Shown one piece after another: positions 17,798 through 26,028 of a stretch of DNA of 32,000 bases. The first letter of the stretch is position 1. Every line of letters starts with the position of its first letter. Under the pieces are notes generated by a model. It was not told the DNA's origin. It did no database searches and saw nothing but the letters and a program-made list of their open reading frames with translations. Source of the DNA: Mycobacterium tuberculosis H37Rv (GTDB lineage Bacteria > Actinomycetota > Actinomycetes > Mycobacteriales > Mycobacteriaceae); the NCBI RefSeq assembly GCF_000195955.2, contig NC_000962.3, forward strand, positions 3,570,001-3,602,000. The letters run 5' to 3'. The translations under genes were made by a program, and so were the position numbers.

Positions 17798-19381
17798 ATG
17801 ACCGCAGTGAAACACACAACTGAATCAACATTTGCCAAACTTGGAGTCCGCGACGAAATAGTCCGCGCATTAGGGGAAGAGGGCATCAAACGGCCCTTTG
17901 CTATCCAGGAACTCACCCTGCCACTCGCGCTCGACGGCGAGGACGTGATCGGCCAGGCCCGCACCGGCATGGGCAAAACGTTCGCTTTTGGCGTGCCGCT
18001 GCTGCAGCGCATCACCTCCGGCGACGGCACGAGACCGCTCACTGGCGCTCCGCGGGCCCTGGTCGTAGTCCCCACCCGCGAGCTGTGTCTACAGGTCACC
18101 GATGACCTGGCCACGGCGGGCAAGTACCTGACCGCCGGCCCCGACACAGACGACGCTGCCGCGGTACGGCGCCGGCTGTCGGTGGTGTCCATCTACGGGG
18201 GACGGCCCTACGAGCCGCAGATCGAGGCGCTACGCGCCGGCGCCGACGTCGTGGTCGGCACCCCGGGTCGGCTGCTCGACCTGTGCCAGCAGGGCCACCT
18301 GCAGCTGGGCGGGCTATCCGTGTTGGTGCTCGACGAGGCCGACGAGATGCTCGACCTGGGCTTCCTGCCCGATATCGAGCGAATCCTGCGGCAAATTCCC
18401 GCCGACCGACAGTCGATGTTGTTTTCGGCGACCATGCCGGACCCGATCATCACGCTGGCCCGAACGTTCATGGTCCGGCCCACGCATATCCGGGCTGAGG
18501 CACCACATTCCTCAGCGGTTCACGACGCGACCGAGCAGTTCGTCTACCGCGCCCATGCGTTGGACAAAGTGGAGTTAGTCAGCCGGGTGCTGCAGGCTCG
18601 TGACCGCGGCGCGACGATGATCTTCACCCGCACCAAGCGGACCGCCCAGAAGGTCGCCGACGAGTTGACCGAGCGCGGTTTCGCAGTCGGCGCCGTGCAC
18701 GGTGATCTCGGACAGCTGGCACGCGAGAAGGCGCTCAAGGCGTTTCGCACTGGCGGCATCGACGTATTGGTGGCCACCGACGTGGCCGCCCGCGGCATCG
18801 ACATCGACGACGTTACCCACGTGATCAACTATCAGTGCCCCGAAGACGAGAAGATGTACGTCCACCGCATCGGTCGCACCGGCCGTGCCGGCCGAACCGG
18901 GGTCGCGGTCACCCTGGTGGACTGGGACGAGCTGCCCCGTTGGAGCATGATCGACCAAGCACTGGGCCTGGGCTCCCCCGATCCGGCCGAGACATACTCC
19001 AACTCGCCGCATCTGTATGCCGAGCTGGCCATCCCGGCCACGGCCGGCGGTACCGTCGGCCCGGCGCGCAAATCGCAGGGCAGGCGACGTGACACCGACT
19101 GCGACGGCCAGAAAACGGCACAGCACGCCCGCAATACCCCCAGGCGTCGGCGCACCCGCGGCGGCAAACCCGTCACCGGACACCCCGGCACCAACCCAAT
19201 CAGCAGCCCAATCGTGGGCGGCGACGCCACCTCGGAGCCGGGCTCCGGCACCGCATCAGATTCCGGGTCCGATGTTGTGTCCGGCTCCCGGTCCGGCAAC
19301 GGCGAAGCTGCGCGACGCCGTCGTCGCCGCCGCCGACGCCCGACGCACGCCCAGGACGGCTTCGCCGCGCGGGCTAACTGA
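17798..19381 (+). CDS. rhlE: DEAD-box RNA helicase RhlE, 527 aa, with Arg-rich C-terminal tail
   Basis: Q-motif region FAIQE, Walker A ARTGMGKT, VLDEADEML (DEAD), SAT and HRIGRTGRAG are present. ATG 17798 was chosen over the 593-aa ORF start. The tail contains RRRRRRRRR. Confidence 0.9.
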   Translation: MTAVKHTTESTFAKLGVRDEIVRALGEEGIKRPFAIQELTLPLALDGEDVIGQARTGMGKTFAFGVPLLQRITSGDGTRPLTGAPRALVVVPTRELCLQVTDDLATAGKYLTAGPDTDDAAAVRRRLSVVSIYGGRPYEPQIEALRAGADVVVGTPGRLLDLCQQGHLQLGGLSVLVLDEADEMLDLGFLPDIERILRQIPADRQSMLFSATMPDPIITLARTFMVRPTHIRAEAPHSSAVHDATEQFVYRAHALDKVELVSRVLQARDRGATMIFTRTKRTAQKVADELTERGFAVGAVHGDLGQLAREKALKAFRTGGIDVLVATDVAARGIDIDDVTHVINYQCPEDEKMYVHRIGRTGRAGRTGVAVTLVDWDELPRWSMIDQALGLGSPDPAETYSNSPHLYAELAIPATAGGTVGPARKSQGRRRDTDCDGQKTAQHARNTPRRRRTRGGKPVTGHPGTNPISSPIVGGDATSEPGSGTASDSGSDVVSGSRSGNGEAARRRRRRRRRPTHAQDGFAARAN

Positions 19382-19393
19382 CCCGCCCACCGC

Positions 19394-20617
19394 ATGGTTA
19401 AACCGGAGCGCCGCACCAAGACCGATATCGCGGCCGCCGCGACGATCGCGGTCGTGGTGGCCGTGGCCGCGTCGTTGATCTGGTGGACCAGCGACGCCCG
19501 CGCCACCATCAGCCGGCCGGCGGCGGTTGCGGTGCCCACCCCGGCCCCGGCTCGCGAGGTCCCGACCTCGCTGAAGCAGCTGTGGACCGCCGCCAGCCCA
19601 GCCACCCGCGTTCCCGTGGTGGTGGGCGGAACAGTGGCTACTGGCGACGGACGCCAGGTGGACGGGCGCGACCCAGCCACCGGTGAGTCGCTCTGGAGTT
19701 ACGCCCGAGACACCGATCTGTGTGGGGTGACCTGGGTCTACCACTACGCCGTCGCGGTCTATCGGTACGACCGGGGTTGCGGTCAGGTCAGCACCATCGA
19801 TGGATCCACCGGTCGCCGGGGAGCCGCCCGCAGCGGCTACGCGGATCCGCGGGTGCGTCTTTTTTCCGACGGCACCACGGTGTTGTCGGCCGGGGACACG
19901 CGCCTGGAACTGTGGCGTTCAGACATGGTCCGGATGCTGGCCTACGGCGAGATCGATGCCCGGGTGAAACCGTCGAACCGCGGCCTGCAGTCCGGGTGCA
20001 CGCTGGAGTCGGCGGCGGCCAGCTCGGCGGCCGTATCGGTGCTTGAAGCGTGTACGAACCAGGCTGACCTGCGGCTTGTGCTGTTACGCCCGGGCAAGGA
20101 GGACGACGAGCCCATCCAGCGCATTGTCCCGGAACCGGGGGTCCGGCCGGGTTCGGGCGCCCGGGTATTGGTGGTATCGCAGAACAACACCGCCGTGTAC
20201 CTGCCTGCAAGATCAGGCGCGCAACCGAGAGTCGACGTGATCGACGAGACCGGCGCCACAGTTTCGAGCACGCTGCTGGCCAAGCCACCGTCAACTTCGG
20301 CCGTGGCGTCGCGGACCGGCAACCTGGTGACCTGGTGGACGGGCGACGCGTTGTTGGTCTTCGACGCGGGCAACCTGACCCAGCGCTACACCATTGCCGC
20401 TGGCGAGACGACTGCGCCGGTGGGGCCAGGGGTGATGATGGCAGGTCAACTCCTGGTGCCGGTCACCGGCGGGATCGGTGTCTATGACCCGGTCAGCGGT
20501 GCCAACAACCGTTATATCCCGGTGACCCGGCCGCCAAGCACGTCAGCAGTGATCCCGGCAGTTTCTGGATCCAGGGTCATTGAGCAACGTGGCGACACAC
20601 TAGTCGCTCTGGGTTGA
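19394..20617 (+). CDS. Membrane-anchored Ala/Val-rich conserved protein, possibly beta-propeller (PQQ-like repeats), 407 aa
   Basis: N-terminal TM (IAAAATIAVVVAVAASLIWW). Repeated G-x-V-x-A-x-D-x-x-T-G-x-x-x-W-like segments (DGRDPATGESLW) are present. It starts 12 nt after the rhlE stop. Confidence 0.78.
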   Translation: MVKPERRTKTDIAAAATIAVVVAVAASLIWWTSDARATISRPAAVAVPTPAPAREVPTSLKQLWTAASPATRVPVVVGGTVATGDGRQVDGRDPATGESLWSYARDTDLCGVTWVYHYAVAVYRYDRGCGQVSTIDGSTGRRGAARSGYADPRVRLFSDGTTVLSAGDTRLELWRSDMVRMLAYGEIDARVKPSNRGLQSGCTLESAAASSAAVSVLEACTNQADLRLVLLRPGKEDDEPIQRIVPEPGVRPGSGARVLVVSQNNTAVYLPARSGAQPRVDVIDETGATVSSTLLAKPPSTSAVASRTGNLVTWWTGDALLVFDAGNLTQRYTIAAGETTAPVGPGVMMAGQLLVPVTGGIGVYDPVSGANNRYIPVTRPPSTSAVIPAVSGSRVIEQRGDTLVALG

Positions 20618-20629
20618 TCGCCTATGTTG

Positions 20630-20692
20630 GCGCGAGCAGACGCAAAATCGCCCGAAACCGATGGCTTTCGGGCGATTTTGCGTCTGTCGCGC
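20630..20692. terminator. Bidirectional hairpin between convergent genes (perfect 21-bp inverted repeat)
   Basis: CAGACGCAAAATCGCCCGAAA (20637..20657), an 8-nt loop, then TTTCGGGCGATTTTGCGTCTG (20666..20686). Flanking GCGCGAG/TCGCGC extends the stem with one bulge. Confidence 0.55.
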
Positions 20693-21492
20693 TACAGGTC
20701 CACCGTGAAGGTGGGCAGCGGCCTACCTGTCTTCCAGTGTTTGAGCAGCGCCTGCGCCAGCTCGCGGTAGGCCACCGCGCCTTTGTTCTTGCGCCCAGCC
20801 ATCACCGACGAGCCCGAGGCGCTGGCCTCAGCGAAGCGCACAGTACGGGGGATGGGCGGAGCCAGCACCTGTAGGTCGTAGCGGTCGGCGACATCGAGCA
20901 ACACGTCACGGGTGTGGGTGGTTCGAGAGTCGTACAGCGTCGGCAGTGCACCCAACAACCGCAGATTCGGATTGGTGATCTGCTGGACATCGGCGACCGT
21001 CCGCAGAAACTGGCCGACACCCCGGTGCGCCAGCATCTCGCACTGCAGCGGCACGATGGCCTTGTCGGCGGCCGTCAGCCCGTTGAGGGTGAGCACACCC
21101 AGCGACGGCGGACAGTCGATGATGACCACGTCGAACCGGTCGGAGAATTTGGCCAACGCGCGTTTGAGCGCGTACTCACGGCCTGCCCGCATCAGCAGCA
21201 TTGCCTCGGCGCCCGCCAAGTCAATGTTGGCCGGCAGCAACGTCATTCCCTCCATGGTGGTGACCAGCACGGCGTTGGGCTCGACTTCACCGAGCAACAC
21301 CTCGTGCACAGACACCGGTAGTTTGTCGGGATCTTGACCAAGGGAGAAGGTCAGACAACCTTGCGGATCCAGATCGACGAGCAGCACGCGCCGTCCCTTT
21401 TCCACCATCGCCGCACCGAGCGAGGCGACCGTAGTCGTCTTGGCCACCCCGCCCTTCTGGTTGGCCACCGCTAGCACCCGGGTATCAGTCAT
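20692..21492 (-). CDS. ParA/Soj-family ATPase, 266 aa
   Basis: Deviant Walker A NQKGGVAKTT. ATG 21492 gives MTDTRVLAVANQKGG.... Confidence 0.9.
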   Translation of the reverse strand: MTDTRVLAVANQKGGVAKTTTVASLGAAMVEKGRRVLLVDLDPQGCLTFSLGQDPDKLPVSVHEVLLGEVEPNAVLVTTMEGMTLLPANIDLAGAEAMLLMRAGREYALKRALAKFSDRFDVVIIDCPPSLGVLTLNGLTAADKAIVPLQCEMLAHRGVGQFLRTVADVQQITNPNLRLLGALPTLYDSRTTHTRDVLLDVADRYDLQVLAPPIPRTVRFAEASASGSSVMAGRKNKGAVAYRELAQALLKHWKTGRPLPTFTVDL

Positions 21493-21645
21493 AGGCGCCG
21501 CTCTCCCCCGCAAGCGGCAGGGACCCCCACCTCATCGTGCTCTCCCTTCGTCGTCGCCCGCGCAGTCACAGTGTCATCCTGGCATGCTGCTCGCACAGTG
21601 GTTCGGGCGACAGGCCTAGGATGTCGTCGGGCACAATCTGTCGGT

Positions 21646-22257
21646 ATGGGCGTGCGCAACCACCGATTGCTACTGCTCCGCCACGGCGAGACCGCTTGGT
21701 CGACGCTGGGCCGGCACACCGGCGGTACCGAGGTCGAGCTGACCGATACCGGGCGAACGCAGGCAGAGCTGGCTGGTCAGCTGCTGGGTGAACTCGAACT
21801 TGACGACCCGATTGTCATCTGTAGCCCGCGTCGACGGACGTTGGATACTGCCAAGTTGGCCGGCCTGACGGTGAATGAGGTAACTGGGCTGCTCGCCGAA
21901 TGGGATTACGGTTCCTATGAGGGCCTTACGACGCCGCAGATCCGGGAATCCGAACCCGATTGGCTGGTGTGGACGCACGGCTGCCCAGCTGGAGAAAGCG
22001 TCGCACAGGTAAACGATCGCGCTGACAGCGCCGTCGCGCTGGCCCTGGAGCACATGTCCTCACGCGACGTGTTGTTTGTCAGCCATGGCCACTTCTCCCG
22101 CGCGGTGATCACGCGCTGGGTCCAGCTACCGCTCGCCGAAGGCAGCCGTTTCGCGATGCCCACCGCCTCGATCGGGATCTGCGGGTTCGAGCACGGCGTG
22201 CGTCAGCTCGCCGTGCTCGGGTTGACCGGTCATCCGCAGCCGATCGCAGCCGGGTGA
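21646..22257 (+). CDS. gpm2: Histidine-phosphatase superfamily protein (annotated phosphoglycerate mutase Gpm2), 203 aa
   Basis: LLLLRHGETAWS catalytic RHG motif and a downstream SHG motif (FVSHGHF). ATG 21646 was chosen over the 228-aa ORF start. Confidence 0.85.
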   Translation: MGVRNHRLLLLRHGETAWSTLGRHTGGTEVELTDTGRTQAELAGQLLGELELDDPIVICSPRRRTLDTAKLAGLTVNEVTGLLAEWDYGSYEGLTTPQIRESEPDWLVWTHGCPAGESVAQVNDRADSAVALALEHMSSRDVLFVSHGHFSRAVITRWVQLPLAEGSRFAMPTASIGICGFEHGVRQLAVLGLTGHPQPIAAG

Positions 22258-23372
22258 GCGCACACGTGGCAACCTTGCACCCAGAACCACCGTTCGCACT
22301 GTGCGGACCAAGAGGCACCCTGATTGCCCGCGGGGTGCGGACACGATACTGCGACGTGCGGGCCGCGCAAGCGGCACTTCGCTCAGGTACAGCACCAATA
22401 CTGTTGGGCGCGTTGCCTTTCGACGTGAGCAGACCCGCCGCATTGATGGTGCCGGATGGCGTGCTGCGGGCCCGGAAGCTGCCTGACTGGCCGACCGGCC
22501 CGCTGCCCAAGGTACGCGTCGCCGCCGCCCTTCCGCCACCTGCCGACTACCTGACCCGGATCGGCCGCGCACGGGATCTGCTGGCCGCCTTCGACGGCCC
22601 GTTGCACAAAGTGGTGCTCGCGCGCGCCGTGCAACTGACCGCCGATGCTCCGCTGGACGCGCGGGTACTGTTGCGCAGGTTGGTCGTCGCCGACCCGACC
22701 GCTTACGGCTATCTCGTCGACCTCACCTCTGCGGGCAACGACGACACCGGGGCAGCCCTGGTCGGCGCCAGCCCAGAGCTTCTGGTCGCACGATCCGGCA
22801 ATCGCGTCATGTGCAAGCCATTTGCCGGCTCAGCCCCACGCGCCGCCGACCCCAAACTCGACGCCGCCAACGCGGCCGCACTAGCCAGTTCGGCCAAGAA
22901 CCGACACGAACACCAATTGGTCGTCGACACGATGCGGGTAGCCCTAGAGCCACTATGCGAGGACCTGACAATCCCAGCCCAGCCCCAGTTGAACCGCACC
23001 GCAGCCGTTTGGCATCTGTGCACCGCGATCACCGGCCGGCTGCGCAACATCTCGACGACGGCAATCGATCTGGCTTTGGCGCTACATCCCACCCCGGCGG
23101 TTGGTGGGGTCCCGACAAAAGCTGCCACCGAGCTCATCGCCGAACTCGAGGGCGACCGTGGCTTCTACGCCGGCGCGGTTGGTTGGTGCGACGGCCGGGG
23201 CGACGGCCATTGGGTGGTGTCTATCCGGTGCGCGCAACTTTCGGCTGATCGACGCGCAGCCCTTGCGCACGCTGGCGGTGGCATCGTCGCCGAATCAGAC
23301 CCCGATGACGAACTTGAAGAAACCACAACGAAGTTCGCCACGATATTGACCGCACTGGGAGTTGAGCAGTGA
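22254..23372 (+). CDS. entC: Isochorismate synthase, 372 aa
   Basis: Chorismate-binding C-terminal signature GFYAGAVGWCDGRGDGHWVVSIRCA. The GTG start overlaps the gpm2 stop (GTGA). Confidence 0.9.
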   Translation: MSAHVATLHPEPPFALCGPRGTLIARGVRTRYCDVRAAQAALRSGTAPILLGALPFDVSRPAALMVPDGVLRARKLPDWPTGPLPKVRVAAALPPPADYLTRIGRARDLLAAFDGPLHKVVLARAVQLTADAPLDARVLLRRLVVADPTAYGYLVDLTSAGNDDTGAALVGASPELLVARSGNRVMCKPFAGSAPRAADPKLDAANAAALASSAKNRHEHQLVVDTMRVALEPLCEDLTIPAQPQLNRTAAVWHLCTAITGRLRNISTTAIDLALALHPTPAVGGVPTKAATELIAELEGDRGFYAGAVGWCDGRGDGHWVVSIRCAQLSADRRAALAHAGGGIVAESDPDDELEETTTKFATILTALGVEQ

Positions 23373-23852
23373 CCGATACCATCCGCCGCGCTACACCGGC
23401 GGATACCGCCGACATCGTGGCCATGATTCACGCGCTGGGCGGAATTCGAGTATGCCGCCGATCAATGCACTGTCACCGAAACACAAATACATACAGCACT
23501 TTTCGGAGATTTCCCGACGATGCGAGGCCACGTCGCTGAGGTTAATGGCGGAGTTGCCGCGATGGCGCTGTGGTTTCTGAACTTTTCCACCTGGGACGGC
23601 GTCGCGGGCATCTATGTGGAGGACTTGTTCGTCTGGCCGAGGTTTCGCCGCCGCGGCTTGGCCCGTGGCCTGCTGTCGACGCTGGCCAGAGAATGCGTCG
23701 ACAACCGCTACACGCGGTTGGCCTGGTCGGTGCTGAACTGGAATTCCGATGCAATCGCACTGTATGACCGCATCGGCGGGCAACCGCAGCACGAGTGGAC
23801 TATCTATCGACTGTCAGGACCGCGGTTGGCTGCGCTGGCCGCACCACGCTGA
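23369..23852 (+). pseudogene. GNAT N-acetyltransferase (diamine/SSAT-like) interrupted by a 1-nt frameshift
   Basis: GTG 23369 overlaps the entC stop as GTGA and gives VTDTIRRATPADTADIVAMIHAL. The frame then degenerates and stops at 23537..23539. The next frame continues AEFEYAADQCTVTETQIHTALFGDFPTMRGHVAEVNGG...IYVEDLFVWPRFRRRGLARGLL (acetyl-CoA motif A) to the stop at 23852. The ORF track shows only the 110-aa tail (23520..23852). Confidence 0.7.
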
Positions 23853-24235
23853 TCACGCCCGGCGGCCCAGCGGATCGAAGGCGGACTGAACAGCAATACC
23901 AGCACGCCAAGCGCGATGATTCCCACCGGGATCCCGATCGCCGGCTGATGCGAACCCACAATCAGATACCACGCCACCGGCAGCAGCAGCAGCTGGGCGA
24001 ACACCGCCAGCCCGCGACCCCAAAGCTTGCCAACCGCCAGCCTGCATCCGGCGGCGAGCACTGCTCCGCCGACCAGTACGAACCAACCTGCGGTGCCCAG
24101 GCCATTGACGATGTGCTGGTCGGCGCCCGCGAGTCCGCGCACCAGCAACGCCGCGGCCACCACCAGGGCGGCCCCACCCTGCACGGCGACGATCAGTCCG
24201 GCGCCGCGCACGGCGGCCGGGGCTCGAACAGGCAC
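23804..24235 (-). CDS. Small integral membrane protein (about 4 TM), 143 aa
   Basis: Four hydrophobic stretches are present in the ORF-track protein. The 3' end overlaps the convergent GNAT gene by 49 bp. Confidence 0.7.
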   Translation of the reverse strand: MPVRAPAAVRGAGLIVAVQGGAALVVAAALLVRGLAGADQHIVNGLGTAGWFVLVGGAVLAAGCRLAVGKLWGRGLAVFAQLLLLPVAWYLIVGSHQPAIGIPVGIIALGVLVLLFSPPSIRWAAGRDQRGAASAANRGPDSR

Positions 24236-24260
24236 AGCATCAGCGTAGTCACCCGGCCGT

Positions 24261-24457
24261 GACCGGCCCGCATCGTCACACCACCCAGGCCCATTGCCGT
24301 CCTCCTCAACGGGCCGACCCGGCCCGCATCGTCACACGGCCTAGGCCCATTGCCGTCCTCCTCAACGGGCCGACCCGGCCCGCATCGTCACACGGCCTAA
24401 GCCCATTGCCGTCCTCCTCAACGGGCCGACCCGGCCCGCATCGTCACACGGCCTAAG
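24261..24457. repeat. Tandem repeat, 56-bp unit, about 3.5 copies (MIRU/VNTR-like)
   Basis: Copies lie at 24261..24315 (55 bp, divergent), 24316..24371, 24372..24427 (one substitution relative to the previous copy) and a partial copy at 24428..~24457. The unit is GACCCGGCCCGCATCGTCACACGGCCTAGGCCCATTGCCGTCCTCCTCAACGGGCC. Confidence 0.92.
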
Positions 24458-24467
24458 CTCGTGCGTC

Positions 24468-25433
24468 ATGCGTGCAGTGCTGATCGTCAACCCCACTGCG
24501 ACCGCCACCACACCAGCCGGCCGCGACCTGCTGGCGCACGCCCTCGAAAGCCGCCTTCAGCTCACGGTTGAGCACACCAACCACCGCGGTCACGGGACCG
24601 AACTCGGACAGGCGGCGGTAGCCGACGGGGTGGACCTGGTCGTGGTGCATGGCGGCGATGGCACGGTAAGCGCCGTAGTCAACGGCATGCTGGGGCGCCC
24701 CGGCACGACGCCGGTCCGACCGGTGCCAGCCGTTGCGGTTGTGCCCGGCGGCTCGGCCAACGTACTAGCTCGCGCGCTAGGGATTTCCGCGGACCCGATC
24801 GCTGCCACCAACCAACTCATCCAGCTGCTCGACGACTACGGCCGCCACCAGCAGTGGCGCCGCATCGGGCTGATCGACTGCGGTGAGCGGTGGGCGGTGT
24901 TCAACGCCGGCATGGGCGTCGACGCCGAGGTCGTGGCCGCGGTAGAGGCCGAACGCGACAAAGGCGGCAAGGTTACGGCGTGGCGCTATATTCGCGCTGC
25001 GGTGCGCGCGGTGCTCGCCTGCACTCGTCGCGAACCGGCTCTTACGCTGCAACTTCCCAACCGCGATCCAATTACCGGAGTGCACTTTGTGTTCGTGTCC
25101 AACTCCAGTCCGTGGACTTACGCAAACAACCGGCCGGTATGGACCAATCCCGACTGCAGGTTCGAGTCGGGGCTGGGAGTGTTCGCCACCACCAGCATGA
25201 AGGTGGTCCCGACCCTGAGGGTGGTTCGGCAGATGTTCGCAAAACAGCCCAAGTTCGAGTTCAACCACGTCATCAACAACGACGACGTCGCGTGTCTACG
25301 CGTCACCTCCATGGGGCCCCCGATCGCCAGCCAATTCGACGGGGACTACCTCGGCGTGCGCGAGACGATGACGTTCCGAGCTGTTCCCGACGCCCTCGCC
25401 GTAGTTGCCCCGCCCGCAAGAAAGCGGATCTGA
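24468..25433 (+). CDS. Diacylglycerol/lipid kinase family protein (DAGK catalytic domain), 321 aa
   Basis: N-terminal MRAVLIVNP... and VVVHGGDGT nucleotide-binding motif are typical of the YegS/DagK family. Confidence 0.85.
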   Translation: MRAVLIVNPTATATTPAGRDLLAHALESRLQLTVEHTNHRGHGTELGQAAVADGVDLVVVHGGDGTVSAVVNGMLGRPGTTPVRPVPAVAVVPGGSANVLARALGISADPIAATNQLIQLLDDYGRHQQWRRIGLIDCGERWAVFNAGMGVDAEVVAAVEAERDKGGKVTAWRYIRAAVRAVLACTRREPALTLQLPNRDPITGVHFVFVSNSSPWTYANNRPVWTNPDCRFESGLGVFATTSMKVVPTLRVVRQMFAKQPKFEFNHVINNDDVACLRVTSMGPPIASQFDGDYLGVRETMTFRAVPDALAVVAPPARKRI

Positions 25434-25536
25434 GCTGCAGAAACAAAGATGTGATGGGTGTGCGACACAAACGTTGGGCGAAACTGGCAGCGTAGTGTAG
25501 TACAACTGGGTAAGGGCTGTGGAACGAGATCGCCAG

Positions 25537-25603
25537 AGTGAGATAGCCCACGCGCTTACGTAACACTATTGACATCTGTTGAGCCTGTGAAACGATCAAA
25601 AGG
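25537..25603 (+). promoter_or_regulatory. Candidate whiB1 promoter with CRP-like sites
   Basis: TTGACA (25569..25574), 16-nt spacer, AACGAT (25591..25596). The CRP-like AGTGAgatagcCCACG at 25537..25552 and a weaker cGTaAcactatTgACA at 25559..25574 are centred about 22 bp apart. This is consistent with my recollection of two CRP sites at about -58 and -37. Confidence 0.4.
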
Positions 25604-25712
25604 TTGCATGTAGAGAAATGTAGGGGTACAGAAGCCTTTCTTGTGCACCCGTTACCAGCCAAGAAGAAACGCCTGTGCGTACCGCTGCGCACATAGTGAG
25701 GAGTAACGACTA

Positions 25713-25967
25713 ATGGATTGGCGCCACAAGGCGGTCTGTCGTGACGAGGATCCGGAACTGTTCTTCCCGGTAGGAAACAGTGGTCCGGCACTTGCGCAGA
25801 TCGCTGACGCGAAACTGGTCTGTAATCGGTGCCCGGTCACCACAGAGTGCCTCAGCTGGGCACTGAATACCGGCCAGGACTCGGGCGTCTGGGGAGGCAT
25901 GAGCGAAGACGAGCGGCGCGCGCTGAAGCGTCGCAACGCCCGCACGAAAGCCCGTACCGGGGTCTGA
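25713..25967 (+). CDS. whiB1: WhiB-family [4Fe-4S] transcription factor WhiB1, 84 aa
   Basis: MDWRHKAVCRDEDPELFFP...CNRCPVTTEC...GVWGG, with four Cys, a G[V/I]WGG turn and a basic tail. A GAGGAG Shine-Dalgarno lies upstream. Confidence 0.95.
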   Translation: MDWRHKAVCRDEDPELFFPVGNSGPALAQIADAKLVCNRCPVTTECLSWALNTGQDSGVWGGMSEDERRALKRRNARTKARTGV

Positions 25968-25981
25968 CGACTCAGTTCTGC

Positions 25982-26017
25982 ACAGTGCGGCCCCGACATA
26001 CGTCGGGGCCGCACTGT
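25982..26017. terminator. Bidirectional hairpin between whiB1 and pdtaS (16-bp perfect stem, 4-nt loop)
   Basis: ACAGTGCGGCCCCGAC atac GTCGGGGCCGCACTGT, 15 nt after the whiB1 stop and 12 nt before the convergent stop. Confidence 0.6.
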
Positions 26018-26028
26018 TGCGTAGCGCG

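Noticed and set aside
24259-24456. 65-aa ORF with an internally repeated peptide (GPTRPASSH...), and the possibility of a CRISPR array
   Set aside because: The ORF is simply the 56-bp tandem repeat read through in one frame. The repeats are contiguous with no unique spacers, so it is not a CRISPR array.
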